Assembly (NCBI RefSeq): GCF_009914755.1 | Contig: NC_060932.1 | From: the human T2T-CHM13v2.0 reference genome, Homo sapiens | Length of the DNA stretch: 64,000 nt | Reading direction: 5' to 3' (one strand) | Shown here: piece by piece, positions 12,093-28,540 of the stretch | Position numbering within the stretch: the stretch's first letter is position 1 | Layout of the letters: every line of letters begins with the position of its first letter | Position numbers and translations under genes: made by a program | Notes under the pieces: model-generated | The model's database searches: none | What the model saw: only the letters and a program-made list of their open reading frames with translations | Told to the model about the DNA's origin: nothing

Positions 12093-13400
12093 GTTGAAAT
12101 GTAATCATATACACTAGAATTCGTCCTTTAAAGTGTATAATTCAGTGGTTTTAGTCCATTCACAAAGTGTGCAATCATCACCCACATCTAATTCCAGAAC
12201 ATTTCATCACTCCAAATGGAAACCCCGTATCTGTTGGCAGTATTTATTATTTTTCTTTCCATCATTCCCTAGCAACCACTAATCTACATTTTTTTCTTCA
12301 GCTTTATTGAGGTATAATTAACAAATAAAAATTGTACATATTCAAGGTGTACAACATGATTATTTGATATACATATACATTGTGAAACGATTACCACAAT
12401 CTGACGATTACCACATCACACATTGGTGTGTGTGTGTGTGTATGTGTGTGTGTGGTGAGGACATTGGTCATTAATCTGCTTTCTGTCCCTATGGATTTGC
12501 CTATTCTAGGATATTTCATATAAATTGACTCATACGGTATGTACAATATATGGCCTTTTGTGTCTGGCTTCTTTCCCTTAGCATAAGGTTTTCAAGGTTC
12601 ATGTTGTAACATGTATCAGTTCTTCATCCCTTTTTATAGCTGAATAATGTATGAATCTGCTACATTTTGTTTATCCATTTATTAGTTGATGGGCATTTGG
12701 GTTGATTCCTTTTTTTGGTATTATTAATAGTGCTGCCATGGATATTTGTGTTCAAGTTTTGCACATGGGCAAATATTTTCTGTTATCTTGGGTTTATACG
12801 CCTAAGAGGGGAATTGCTGGGATATATGGTGACTCCACGGTTAAGTTTTTGAGAAAATGACAGACTGTTTTCCAAAGTAGCTATACCACTTGACATTCCC
12901 ACCAGCAATGGATGAGGGTTCTGGTTTCTCCACATCTTGCCAACACTCGTTATTTGTCTTTTTTCACAAGACAATGATATGAAGTAGTATCTCATTGTGG
13001 TTTTGATTTGCATTTACCTGATAGCTAATGATGTTAAGCATCTTTTCATGTGTTTTCTGGCTGCTTACATATCTTATTTGAAGAAATGTTCACTCAGATC
13101 TTTTGACCATTTTTTATTTGGGTTATTTGTCTTTTGTTGAATTGTAAGACTTCTTTATATATTCTGGATTCTAGTTTCCAATCAGATATACAATTTGCAA
13201 ATATTTACTCCCATTCTGTGAGTTTTTTACTTTATTGTTTAGTTCCTGAATTTAGGTCTATGACCCATTTTGACTTAATTTTTGTATAGACTTAATTTTG
13301 TGAAGGGATACAGCTTCATTCCTTTGCATACAGATATCCTGTTGTTCCAGCACTATTTAGTGAAAAGACTATTCTTTCCCCATTGACTTTTCTTGGCACC
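12093..13400 (-). mobile_element. old L1M 3' fragment(s) with nested L1 3' end and (TG)n at 12427-12453
   Basis: antisense L1 3' UTR/ORF2 motifs (GTATCTCATTGTGGTTTTGATTTGCATT); interrupts MaLR-internal-like DNA. Confidence 0.8.
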
Positions 13401-13849
13401 AGAAATCTCGTAAAATGGTAAGAAATTTGTATCAAACTGAAAAGAGGCCTCCAAATTTCAATGGACAGGAAGCAGGATAAGAAAACTCATCAGCTGCATC
13501 CTTGGACTACAGTAAATCCTCAAGTCATTGATAGGTTCTTGGAAACTGCAACTTTAAGCAAAACCACATACAGAAGATCTCGAATAAAGTCGTCCCTTCC
13601 TAGCTGGATTTCAGAATTACTGTGAACTAGTGACTAGTCCCATCTCTTGCAGTTATCCTATCTCTGCCTCACCATTGTATTTCGGATGTATGGAAGGCAG
13701 TTAACTTGGTTTTTGTAGGTCACAATATTGTAGATTTTAAGAAGCCACACCCTAAGAGAGTTATCCCTACCCAATGGTCATGAAATATTGGACTTCAGGC
13801 TGTATTAATTATTTTTCATGTGGAACAAATGAAAATAATTGTGTCCAAA

Positions 13850-14330
13850 GGGTAGAATATGGTCAAATATAGCCACAAAGCTTTGAGCTCCTCCCACCAA
13901 GAGATGGAATCTGTTCCCCTAGTCCTTGCATCTGAGCTGGCAATGTGACTTTCTTTGACCAGTAGAATGTGGCATAAATGACATGCTGTGAGCTGGAACC
14001 TAGGCCTTGAGGACCTTATAGCTTCTCTTTTGCTCTTGTAGAACCTTGTCCTGCATATAAGGGAGCCACATAAGAGAACTGGTCTAGCCTATTAGAAGGT
14101 GAGAGGCCATATGGAAGAGAACAGAGGTTCCCTGACAGCCACACCAGCTGGCAGGCATGTGAGTGAGGCATCTGGGATCTTCCAGCCTAGTGCATGCTCC
14201 AGACAAATACGGCCACATGAGTGAGCCCAGGCAAAACAGTAAAGAGCTGCCCAGCCAACCCTCAGAATAATGAGAAATAATATGTTGCAGTGTTCTAAGC
14301 CACTAGATTGTGAGGTAGCTTATTGTACAT
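13850..14330 (+). mobile_element. MLT1-type MaLR LTR, with internal-like sequence upstream (11480-12090, 13400-13850)
   Basis: GAGCTGGCAATGTGACTTTCTTTGACCAGTAGAATGTGGCA...CTGCCCAGCCAACC...TAAGCCACTAG MLT1 motifs. Confidence 0.7.
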
Positions 14331-15596
14331 AAGCATTAACTTCCACTCACATCCAAAAATTCATTGAGAGGCCAAGTGCAAGAAAGAAAGTTTCAAAAAC
14401 TTCATTTTTTAAGGCCTTAGTTTGAAGGCCGTAGTTGAAGATAAATGAAATTGCTTACTTTTTGGACTGCGTTTCCCTTTTTCATGAGACCCAGAAACTT
14501 GCAGAGGAAGAAGTTCCTTACTCTCTTGTGCGGCTGAGAATTAGGAAGCAGGGGAGCTACAATTCATTAATGAAGCATTATTCTTAGTGTTTCCTGGAAC
14601 TGCCTTTGAGTTCTTGGGAGTAAATAGGCTTTATTCATCCAAAGAATTATACAGGAAAGTTGCTGAAAATATCACTGGCTTTGTTTCTTGAGAAGAACGT
14701 TTTCTTTCAACATTCCCAGGCCCTGGTCCAAGCCAAGGCAGAATCACAGCCATGAGGCCAAGCATGAGAGCAGGAGCGTCTCCACCTCTGAGATCAGAGT
14801 CAGCAGGAGGGGCTTTGTCCATGGGATGCCTTTTCCTGACCATGCTGCCAACAGGCAATGGATGGTCTGATTGTGTGTCAGTTTCCTATCCTGCCTCTTG
14901 TCTCCATAGGGCTTTCTTATTTTTCACCATCTCCCACCTCTGCCCAGCTCTTCTTGCTGTGACACTGTCTGAGCAATGTTCCCTCTATGGACTCTTACAC
15001 TCTTCCAAGAAAAAGCCTCATTTATGTACAAGGAAAAAAATAATAGAGAATAAAAGGCCAAAAGAGAGGTTCCTGCGGCTTTTCTGTTATCATTCAAATG
15101 TGATTCCATACTCTCCTTGGACATGGTTTAGTCATTTTAATGAGGTATTAGACTTGCTTCCCCCAGTGAAATCAAATTTAGTGTAATTTAGAGGACTGTA
15201 GGTGACATGATAATTGATTTCTGGTCACACATTCAAATAGTTCTATTATTCAGGATTTTATAGACAGGCTAAATATATTATTCACCATATCAGAACATTA
15301 GCCATAAAAAAAGAACCTTTTTTAAAAGGGAATTTTGAAATGCACATTTAAGAAGTTCATGTAATCTAGAAGGGTATTAAGGTCATACCCATCATCCCTA
15401 GTCCCATTTCTCAGCAGTAACTGATAGTAAGAAGCCTTTTTACATTTTTTAAATGTATCCTTCCAGACATTTTAATACATGTACAAGCATATTATATGTG
15501 TCCATTGTTTCTCAACTTATCAGGCCCAAACACCCCTTCTATAAGCAGTACTTTTAATGTCTCCTTTGCCGTCACAAGGTGGAATTCATAAATAAT

Positions 15597-16590
15597 GGTC
15601 TTAGGCCAAGTTTCCTAGAAAACAAAATCTGAGGCAAGGATTTGTGCTAATGCTTTATTTGGGAGACATGGAGATGATGAAAAAGGGGGAAAAAGGCAGG
15701 GAAGGCAGGAAAGCAAGGCAAGGTGACATTAGTGCTTCATGAGGCCCAGAGAGACACAGCCAACCACTAAGTAGGCATCTTCTCAGTCACATGGGATGTC
15801 TCTCAGGATAGAGGGTGTACAGAGAAATCATGCCTCACATAAGTACATAAAAAGAGGAAGAAGAGGCCGGGTGTGGTGGCTCACGCCTGTAATCTCATCA
15901 CTTTGGGAGGCCGAGGGAGGCAAATCACTTGAGGTCAGGAGTTTGAGATCAGCCTGGCCAACATGGTGAAACCCCGTGTCTATTAAAAAAACACACACAC
16001 AAAAATTAGGAGGGGGCGGGTGGTGGCGTGTGCCTGTAATCCCAGCTACTTGGGAGGCCGAGCAGGAGAATAGCTTGAACCCAAGAGGTGGAAGGGTGCA
16101 GTGAGCTGAGATTGCACCACTGCACTCCAGCCTGGGTGACAGAGTGAGACTATGGTCTCAAAAAAAAAAAAAGAGGAAGAAGAGGATTATTTATTTGCTC
16201 GGCTTCTCCTTGTTACTGACTCCTGTTTGGCCCCACAAAGATTTAAATCCCCTATAGTTCTGCCTTGCTCAGGTTATTACCCAGCAGCTGCTCTGGAATC
16301 CAGCTCCTGTGCCCTGCAGTGTGCTGTCCATCCAAGTCTGGAACTGATGATAGAACTCAGAAATTGAAGTATGTGTCTCCTCTGCCTGGCTGCCTGGCAG
16401 CCACCAAACAGAGATGGGAGGGGAGGCAACATTTCCAGGCAAGCAATTGGTTGGCTCTAAGTGGCTAAACAGTTAGGTCAAGCAGATCCAGCTATGGTGG
16501 TGCCTAAGGTTGGGTAAACAGCTGGAAGTTTAGGAGACGCCATGATGGCACTGAAGGAATCTGAGGATATACGTAGGATGTGTCCTATAC
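15597..16590 (-). mobile_element. LTR33/ERVL-like LTR remnant interrupted by an Alu
   Basis: TTAGGCCAAGTTTCCTAGAAAACAAAATCTGAGGCAAGGA...TTTATTTGGGAG resembles an LTR33 end; by eye only. Confidence 0.45.
15865..16172 (+). mobile_element. AluS-type SINE
   Basis: GGCCGGGTGTGG start, A-tail, TSD AAAAGAGGAAGAAGA. Confidence 0.92.
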
Positions 16591-17800
16591 AGTAATCTAA
16601 CCTATACATACTTAGGCTCTTAAAAATTGCTATCTCTTAACCATAAGGTAAAATTTTTGGAAAAGCAAAGTAATTATAATAAAACAGTATGCATTTCAAT
16701 ATGGAGATGCTGGAGTATGATTACACTAAAAGACAAAATGAAGTAGTCAAATGTTTGACTTTTACACCAATTAGCCATGACTGAAGTGGTACTGAGTCAG
16801 TTGTTTGTAACTCAGGTACCACACAGACTTGTTTTTGTAAAATATTAATACCTTTTGATAATGCCCTGAGCAAAATGAAACACAATCTTTCATATACATG
16901 GTAGTTGCATATCTAGAAAATCAGAATATATTGAATCTGTCAAAATGTTTTCATATATAAAAGGTAGTCAAGGTCTAGACTCGGATTATCAAACAGGTTT
17001 TTCACCAACACAAATAACCCAGGACACTCAAAAATTGTGTGGGAAATGGTTCCATTGGATGTAGGGCTGTCATCAGCATTATATCTACCAACTCTGGGTC
17101 TTCTTCATTAAATGCCAATAATGTTCCCCCTTCCCCCAATTATTGTGACAACCAAAGAGCATTACCACAGATTTCCAAAATGCCCCCATGGAGTGTGTGG
17201 AGGGTGTAGTTTGACTATTCTGGAGAACCATTGAAAACAAACAAAAAACGGGAGATATGCACCTCACAGAGCTAGCACTTAGAGATTTTGCCCATATTAG
17301 CACTTAAAGATCGACCATTCTTTGTAACAGTTGCAGAATATTCAAGCATACCTCTGTACCAGGATTTATTTAGCTAGTGATGGTCACACTGACTTTTTCA
17401 ATGGTCTTGTTGCAAGCAACGCTGCAGAGATGATCGTTAGACATTAGCCTTTGTGCACTCATACAGTTACATCTCTAGAATAAATTCCCACAAGTCAAGA
17501 GGTACATGTCTTTTTAAATTTGTATGGATATTGCCAAATTGCTCTCTCAATTATTGCCAGATATTTCACCACTAAGTATTGTAGAAGGTTTTAATCTTGG
17601 TAACTGTAGTTCTTTAAAGATGAAAATGAAGAATTTTAAATGCCCTATTGAAAGCCATTTTCAGATCACTTTACATTACTTAGTAGCGTCCAGCCTTGAC
17701 TTGTCTTTTTATATAGGATATTCACGTGGACAGGAAATTGGACTTCCAATATTTTCTAGGGTAGAACCAGGGTCATGACTGAAAGTTAGGCAGACAGAAA

Positions 17801-17948
17801 TTTGTTTTGTTTTGTTTTGTTTTAAAGATGCAGTCTCGCTATTTTGTCCAGGCTGGTCTCGAACTCTTGAACTCCTGGCCTCAAGTGATCCTCTGACCTT
17901 AGCCTCCCAAAGCATTGGGATTATAGTCGTGAGCCACCACATCCAGCC
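17801..17948 (-). mobile_element. FLAM/Alu left monomer
   Basis: single antisense monomer with (TTTTG)n tail. Confidence 0.8.
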
Positions 17949-18349
17949 AGAAGTTTTGGCTCTAACAATGTAAGAACTTTCAAACATCTCTACCCATCCA
18001 GCAGCGGAATGACCTGCCTGGGAAGATGAGGTAATTCCCGCTCATATCTGGAAATTTTCAATTTCAGGCTGGATGAATAATTTCAAGAGATGTTCAGGAA
18101 AAGATTCCTGAGTTTTATGGAATATTATACAAGGTCAGTGTTTCCAAAGATGTAGTACCTGGGCCATGGTGTATGTGTGGGATGACTTTAAGTGCTACAA
18201 ACTTTAAAAAGCTTTAATTGGTTTATATTTAAAAAGTTTTAATTGGTTTATATTCATTTTTATATGTGTATACAATGTTGCTATATTACTAGCAAATCAT
18301 ATACCTTAAGTTAGTACTGTTGAAATAATAGGGTAAAGAAAGCTTTTTA

Positions 18350-19325
<976 letters not shown>

Positions 19326-19654
19326 GAAATAAATAATAAACTTTGGGCTAAAATATGGTTGATAGCCTCTAAGATCTCTTCAAAATTGTGATTCTATAGT
19401 TCTAAATTTAATCTTAATATTACTAAAGTTTCAACTAGTAAAAAGACTTTGAAACCCCAGTCCATGACATTTATTACAAGCAATTTAAACAAAACCAAAT
19501 TCTAGTACAATAGATAATTTGTGTATTTGGAGCTTGGTGTATGTATCAAATCCCATGAAAAATTAGTTAAAAATGGGAGCCCTAAGCCCTAGGTGAAGAC
19601 CCATCCTGAAACTATATTCAACTTCATAATTTGGGGACAATATTAATATTCTAG

Positions 19655-19992
<338 letters not shown>

Positions 19993-20199
19993 AAACCCGT
20001 ATATTTTTAAATGAGTTCAGAAAACCAAAAATAAGTGAACACACAAACATGTTGCTGGTGGCATCTCGTTTATCCATCAGCACTTCATGGAAGAGAATAG
20101 TAAGACTTGTCTTCATAGTCCCATGCTCTTCTATGAGTATTGTAAAACCACTGTCCAGGTCACCCTATTATATATTTAGAATATAATATAAACTTCTGC

Positions 20200-23100
20200 A
20201 CTGGAAATCAGAGGTGAATATTTATTTAATTCATATATAAATTTTACATAATATTCATGGTGCTATAAATATAGGCACATTTTTTAAAAGTCCAGATACA
20301 TCCAAAAATTACCCCCTCACTGTAGCCTACTCCAATCCCCTCAAGACGGAATATCTAACGTGTCTGGAAAACAGGGTCCAGAAAGGCCCTGCCCATTAAT
20401 TTTAAAACTTTCTGACCATCAAGACCATTCTTTCCTGCTTCAACCAAGCAGAGTCAACAAGGATCATGTGTTTTCAGGGTTTTAATTGCACTAGTTGATG
20501 AATTAAGTAAATGCCTCTGCCTGGGTAGTTTGTAATAGGTTTATGGTTTGGTTTCTCCTACTTAGTTCAAGTCAGAGAAAGAAAAACCAATATCTATATT
20601 CCTATTGGCCTTCTTTAAATCCCTATGAGATGGCTTAAAAGGATGTCACTGCACCAGAGGACTCACTTAACCACATCTACTGACAAATAGGCAACTTCCC
20701 ATAAAGTACAGATTAAAACATCATTCATTTATATTGGTTTTCATTTGGGGACAAACATTGTAAATTTAATAATTCATGGGATTGAGCACAGAGCAAATTG
20801 GACAAAAACAAATTCCTCAAAGTGACTCGGTTGATTCATTGACTGTACCCAAGCATGATCCAGACTTATGAGTTTGTGTCATACACACCAGCACACATCA
20901 GACAAGATTAAAATCTACAGTGTAAAGTCATTGTAACTTGAATTCAAAATAAGAAAGAAATGAGTATTGGAAATTGATTCATTAGAGCCTCTCTATTATG
21001 ATACATTTTAACTTGGGGGAAAAATGATTCATATACACAATTATCTTAGTCAAATTTTCTATTTCTTGCTAATAACATTTTAATTTACTCTAGAAAATGC
21101 ATTAATTTTATTCAAATATATTTTCCTAAAATATAAATAATTAAATTAAATGTTTATAAATGTAGAGAATGTAGTTTCCATTGACCCCCACACAGATATT
21201 AATCAGCCCAAAGCTTAAGTGATAAAGAAATCATATTTGTAATTATGATCATTTTAATTTGTCTATAAATATATAATAGAATCTTGGCAACTTAATTATG
21301 AGCAGTTAACTCATACTTCATGTAGAACCGAGCACCTTAGATTACATATTGTTGAATTTAACTATTGGCATTAATATATGTATTTTAATGTTATTTACAA
21401 TACACAATTATAATTCTCTTGTATAACAACATTCCAGTGATTTTGAAAATATATAGTGAAAGAGTGCAATATAATTTACAAATGCATCAAAGCTTTTCTA
21501 TGGTATTCAAACTGGGACTTGACTTTTCAGCATTTGAAAATAGAAATAAACAAAAAGTCAATATCCTAAAGCTGTGTTTTCTAAAGCATTAAAAAAAAAA
21601 AACAAATAACAACAACAAAAAAACCCACTAGCTTCACAAGATGCTCCATTAGAAAAGAGTCCTGTAGGTAAGTGTGAGGAATGGTTCACCGGATTTCGCC
21701 TTGAAGAACCACAATGAACTTTAAAATCTTCAAGGAGGCAATCGTGAAATCTATTTAACATTTTTCAGCTCAGTATTTAGTAAAGTGTATTAACAAACCC
21801 CTGTCTCCCCCCAGCAAAACACCACTCAGTCAAGCCCCTTGGAACTAGCGTCATATGATATATTCTTTGGGGAAATGCTGATTTAAAATAAAACTTTGCA
21901 ATTCAATAAACAAATATGTCTGAGTGAGAAAAATTGTGTTCCTTTAACACGGTTTCACTTTTTGAAGCTCTTTGCATGGGTATTTGTTAACATATGATTC
22001 TTTAAAAACACACAGGTCTAACAACAGATGTCTGTCTATATAAACTACAGGAAAAGTGTTAGAAATGTTTATAGAGATCCTAGAGCTCATTTTCAAGGTT
22101 TGAGAAAAGTGACTTCAAAATCAATAGGTGTTATTTTTAGTGAATTTGTTTTGAAAGATAAAAGTAAAAGCATTAAATCAGTAATGTGCTATATAATGTC
22201 TGAAAATATTCCTGTAGAAAGATATCAGGTCGTTATATTATTTCCCTGGAATTCTGAAAGAACTGCAGATACTGTCAATAGATTTGATTATAGCATTCAG
22301 TCTATATGTAAAACCCAGCATTATCCAGAATTAAATGAGGCTGCTTTATTACTTGCTTGAAAATGCATGCATACAAGCACAGGCAAAAACAAGGGTCAGT
22401 AAGTTGCCACTGAAAACCATGAAATGGGGATAATTAGTTAACTCCAACAATGTGAGTTGTTTTATGTGTATATCAGATGACAATATTTTCTGAAAAAATA
22501 CCCATAATTCACTCTCTATAAATAAAGCTGTAATTCTTGGCTATAAGACAGCAGACCTTGGTGTGAGTATAGTCCCAGAATTAATCATCCTTTGTGCATA
22601 CAACTCTTTAGCAAAGCTTATCAATTTAAGCAGTCTACTTTGGCTCAGATTCTACCAGCTTACAGCTCAGATCAGTATCTGATGCTTTATTTAATTCCTG
22701 CTCAGTATATGCTAATGGAGACACTTTGGAATCATTCTACACCATTGAAAGATAATTCATTTTTTAAAAAGTAACAGCTGCTTCATACTTAAATAAAAGG
22801 TGGGTTTCTATTTGAAATATTTTTCTTTTCCTACAAGGGAAAGTCAACTCAGCAAGAATTAGGAAATAAATCACAATAAGAAAAGGGATCACTGTTACTG
22901 GGGATAGGGGGCTAGGAGGAGTAGGTAAGAATGTCCATTTCTCAACTATTCGGCCCTTGCGTACCTGGTGAACAAGTTGCCTAGGAACTGGGATGATTAA
23001 GATCTGCACATGCTGTTCTAATGGTCATGTCCTTGGTTGTCATTATTTCAAAGCTATGCTGTGTATTTCCCGTCACCTCACCTCTTTAACCTTGTACTGT

Positions 23101-23326
23101 TCTAGAAAGTTTTACTCTGATATTTCTCATGGTACTTTCGCAGGGTATCCCTTGTAGTTGCTGAAACTGACAGAGGAGTCTGGGACAGTTACATACGACT
23201 CTTGAGAGCTAAAGCTGACTGTAGCACGCTACATCTGGTGCGCTGCTCACTACAGATGGTGTCTGACATCACGTTCTCTGGTGGCATTGCAGCCCTTCTT
23301 TTCTCAAAGGCAAGTCACCCCTGTCT
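20200..23326 (-). other. SNTB1: SNTB1 3' UTR (~3.1 kb, no recognisable interspersed repeats; end approximate)
   Basis: repeat-free AT-rich stretch from the stop codon to a minus-strand AATAAA at 20221-20226. Confidence 0.75.
20221..20226 (-). terminator. SNTB1 distal polyadenylation signal AATAAA
   Basis: TTTATT on + strand at the edge of the repeat-free UTR block. Confidence 0.65.
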
Positions 23327-23452
<126 letters not shown>

Positions 23453-23739
23453 TTAAATTAATGCTTGATGTAGATGGGTGATTTGCACATCAAACGAATC
23501 TATATGCACTTCCTTCTTTTAAATGTTGACTGGAGCAATTATGCTCTAAAATCACTGCCCCTCAATGAGATAAAGGAACAACTCTTTGAACTTATTCCTT
23601 ACATCTCATATATCTTTTTTCCGAAATAGTTCCTGTGAAATTTAGATATACCAACACCATAAATATTGATGTTGCCCTTCTTGACTGTCTAAGCCATTTA
23701 TTTTTGGTACCACAATAGTGATATTTATTCATGTTGGAT

Positions 23740-23950
23740 TTGACACAGTATGAAGCAGTACTAAATTTCACATCTGAAGATTAGGTTTGAATCCTGGTTC
23801 TGACGCTTTTTAGACGTACCATCTTGGATAAGTCTCTTAAAATTCTTCTCAGTCCTACTAATTCACAGAGTCATTAGAGGGTTAAAGGAGCTACTATATG
23901 TAAAACCTCCTCGTAAACTGTAAAACACAGAACGCATGCTAAGCAGCTGT
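23740..23950 (+). mobile_element. MIR SINE
   Basis: GGTTTGAATCCTGGTTCTGAC...CTTGGATAAGTCTCTTAA MIR core. Confidence 0.6.
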
Positions 23951-24239
23951 GTTGTCACCATCCTCTAGTCTTGAACTGTTTAAGCACGTATGCCACATCT
24001 CTGGGAAGGCACCATCTGAAGTCTTATGCTTCTTGATGTGTTCCTTGAGAACCTGGCACATGCAAGACTTACAGTCTGAGCAGGAGAGTCCTTCAGAAGT
24101 TGAATTTTATCACCTGACCTAATTTAGGGAAATTGGGAGAGTTGTTCTCAATTCTCTTCTGCTGTCCCCAGTTTTGTTCTGATGATGACACTGTTGGAGA
24201 ATCAGAACAACCCGAGCATATTATAGCTACCAAAGTTAA

Positions 24240-24480
24240 GGTGGTACTCATTATGAGCCAGGTACTGTACTAAATATCTTCTATCCACTATCTTATTTAA
24301 TTCTCTCTTACAGCATCCCAATGAAGAAGCTATTGTTATTATCTCCATTTTTTTGTATAGGGAAACTAAGATTCAGGGAAGTTATGAAACTTTCTGAAAT
24401 ATAGATCTTACAGTAAATAAAAAGTGTGGACTCAAATGCAAGTCTGTCTAATGCCAGAGCCAGGGCTTAACCACAACATT
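24240..24480 (-). mobile_element. MIR SINE
   Basis: TTATTATCTCCATTTT...GGAAACTAAGATTCAGGGAAGTTA antisense core. Confidence 0.65.
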
Positions 24481-26259
24481 CTATGTCACTAACACAGAAG
24501 GAAACTTTTGAAAAAGGGACATTAAAGATTAGCTACTTCAATCCGTGTATTTTATGGATGGGGAGACTGAGATAGAAAGAAACGAAAGGACTTCCCCAAC
24601 AGAGTTGGTGAGTTTGTTGCAGACTCAGAAAGAGAACCCAGGTCTTGACCCTCAGTTTATTGCATTTCCTACAGCTCATCTCTGGTCCCTTCCCCCTCCA
24701 CACTGGGAAGGTCTGTGGCCCACCTCCAGGATTGCTTAAACAGACATAGGGGGTAGAGGAGAAGGAGGCTGTGTCTGAATTTGAGCTCGTCAACTAAATG
24801 TACTGGCAGTAAAAATCAGTTCTTCCTAAATCTTCCAAGTCAGGCTGTAATTATAGGCAGAAAGGCTGAAATTTAGACATAAGTGATTTTCCTCATGGGC
24901 AAAAATAGCCTTGAATTTTTAAGCCAAGGATAAAGCAGGAGACTGATTCTTGTTCTTTTCCACTTTGCTAGAGAGTAGTCACCTTTAGGAAAAAGTACAT
25001 GATGGGTGATTGATACAGCAGCAACTGAATTAGAAATAGTCTTAGTAAAATGGACTTTCGAGTCACTACTTTATTTCCAAGTGGATGCCTCACACTGAAC
25101 CTACTGATTGAAACATACAAACAAAATTTGATAAAAATTCTGTAGATCCATTTTGAAAGTTAGAAAAATGCTTGGCTAGAAATAACTCTCAGAAAGTGAA
25201 TGTCAGCAAACCAAGTGTCAGCCACGAGGAATGGCCTCCATCGTGGCTGCCTGTGGCGCTCATGGCAAGAAACCTGGTACTGTCTTGGTGCCAGAAGTAT
25301 GGCATCATTTAGAAGAGTGGGGCTGCAATTCTGAGAGATAAAAAGTCCCTAGGGTCTGTTAGGTGTGTTCTGCCCTTTCCTTCCTGAAAGCCAACAAATC
25401 CATTGAGTAAGCCAGTGGCTAGGGAAGACCTAAACAGAGATTAGTCATTACGAAATCAAAGGCCTCTTTGAAGTTCTACATTTGACAGCTTAAATGAGAT
25501 GCTATGTTTTCCTGAAATGCCAAGGATGACACTTGCTAGAGAGCATAAGAATGTGCAATTCTCACCCTTCTGTGCAAGTGAAGTCATATACTTTTTCATT
25601 ATGGCAGGCAGAAACCATCTCAGGAAATTATGAATTTCAACACATGGACTACTTGCATTGAGACGAGACGTATGTTACTTTAACGGATAAATTTGCTAAT
25701 TTTGTTGCATATTGTTTGACGTCAGTTCCATGCTTCTGTGCCCTCCTCTGGCCCTCTCTCCACTCCAGTGGAGTTGATCAGTTTCTTTTCATTTTCCTGC
25801 TGCCCTTTTGCTCTGCTCCTCATCTGGCCCCTCCTGTCTCTTTGCTCTCTGTCCTCTCCTCGGAGACTTCCCTGACGGTAGGGACCATGTCTTTTACTTT
25901 GCTGCATCCCTAACGTCTAGCACAATGCCAAGGTTATATGAGACGCTTGATACTTTTCAAAACTGCAGGGTACGTTTTTTAAGCTGGTGAGACCCTATTT
26001 GATAAGAATTTAATCTAACTTTGTAAAGGATTCTTTCCTTTGACTCAAATATTTATGTAGTCTTCTAATGGAAAATGAGACTGAAGAACAGAAGTTTGAA
26101 ATAATTGAACCTAATCACCGTTTTTCAAGGATCAAATAAAACATGGGCTTGCAAGCACATCATTAGCAGTCAAATGCCGAATAAGAGTAAGGCAGCATTA
26201 TGTTGCATAATGAAATATTAATATATGAAATCACACTGTCTAAAGAAAAGTACACTTAC

Positions 26260-26450
26260 AATCTCTCCATCTTTGCCTCCAAAATCTAAATACAGCATCC
26301 TGATTCCATCATCTGAAGACATTTTGAGCTTTTCATAAGGAGACTGTATGATGGTCTTGGGAAAGGCACCCTCCTGTGGTTCAGTGGTAATAGAAAATCC
26401 ATTCTCATAATGTATGGTCAAACGGCACTCCTGGTTTTTGTAGGTGCAAG
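26260..26450 (-). CDS. SNTB1: SNTB1 coding exon (probably exon 6; into syntrophin-unique domain)
   Basis: ctctctcag|CT acceptor, ATT|gtaagt donor; (A)CTYKNQECRLTIHYENGF...PYEKLKMSSDDGIRMLYLDFGGKDGEI. Confidence 0.96.
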
Positions 26451-26730
26451 CTGAGAGAGAAAGAGAGAGAAAAAGAGACAAGTATGAACCATGGCAATCA
26501 ATCCATTTTCCCAATCACTCACTTCTTGCCTCCTCAGTCCCAGCGATCAGCTACGAATTTCTTGCTAAAATAAAAATATAGTCATTGTTCATGAAAATAT
26601 TCTGTTTGGATTTATTTTGGTGTTGTAATTTTAAAAGCCCCATAGAACTAAGGAAAAATAATGGAAAGAAATTCCTTTTTCTAGGATCTACTGAATGTTA
26701 TCTGGGTTCTAGTCCTTATCCAGCCATCTA

Positions 26731-27399
<669 letters not shown>

Positions 27400-28409
27400 T
27401 CAGATGTGGCATCTTCCATGAGGAGCACCCTGAGTGCGGCATCCAGGAATCTCATGGGTGGTATCCACATGGTGCCCTCCCATCCAAAGAAACAAAGCAA
27501 AAACCTCTTGAGCAGGTGCGGTGCCAGCTTTTATCTGGGATTCTCACTATGTTTAGGAAAAGAGTCCTGCTCTTTAAGCTTATGAGCTGGGCAAGGGGAC
27601 TGCCACAGCATCCTAATTCCTATTTAGGAAGACTTGTGAATGTTTAAAACTCTTGATCAAAGAGTTCTGAAAAAGGTTATTAAGGATCAGATTGGATTTT
27701 TTTGCTTCACAAAACACCACATTTAACAGACCTGACAAGTAAATTGGCTCAGGTTTTGATCTACATCTAAAAGTTATGTAGGGAAACCAGCACACTCACT
27801 GCTGGGGATGGGGCTTGGAGGCATAAGAGCAAGAGCTTTATTGATTCAGAACTTGCTGTACATCATCATTTACTCCACTCAGCTTTATAAACCACACACT
27901 TCTGAAGCTGGAACACGGCCCAATATTATAGGTGGAAAAAGGAAAGCTCAGAGAGGTGAACACATCACTACCCAGGTTGTTTGGCTTTCAAAATTCAAAT
28001 TCTTTCCACTCTGTCCTGTGTCCCTTCTCATGCTCTGGCACTCAGGACAAGGAGGGATGTGGGGAGAGAGCTGGGCACAGAGTCGCTCAGCTTTCCTACC
28101 TCATGAATAATGACAGTAGGCGGGGAGGCCTCCAAAGTTTCCGGGAAGAAATAGAGATTTCTATTGTTCACAGAATGCGGTGGCTGTTAATCGAAGCTCT
28201 GATTAAAACATATGCCCCTTCTCCAGACTGACTTGCAGATATCTTTCGACTTGTAACTAGGGCTGATCTTTTCATCTAACAGGTCTATAACTCCTTCTGC
28301 GCACAGTCCCTGAACCCTGCCCTCCGCCAGCCCTCCCATTCAAGGATGTCTAAGGACAGTAGCATAGAGATTGTGCTGATAGCACTGCCTCCCTGTCTTG
28401 ACCCCTCCA

Positions 28410-28540
28410 TTTTTTTTTTTTTTTGAGACAGGGGTCTACGCTATGTTACCCAGGTTGGTCTCAAACTTGGGGCTCAAAGGATCCTTCCGCCTCAGTCTCC
28501 TGAGTAGCTGGGATTACAGGCATGTGTCCCATGACTGACT
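28410..28540 (-). mobile_element. FLAM/Alu monomer
   Basis: T-tail + monomer; flanking CTCCATTTT direct repeats. Confidence 0.8.

Noticed and set aside
14631-15186. Overlapping intergenic ORFs up to 144 aa
   Set aside because: No recognisable domain, no supporting exon structure, and several overlapping frames typical of chance ORFs.
18203-18252. Small tandem duplications (25 bp here; also 6225-6256, 42817-42840, ~57565-57645)
   Set aside because: Ordinary slippage duplications in repeat or intronic DNA with no evident consequence.
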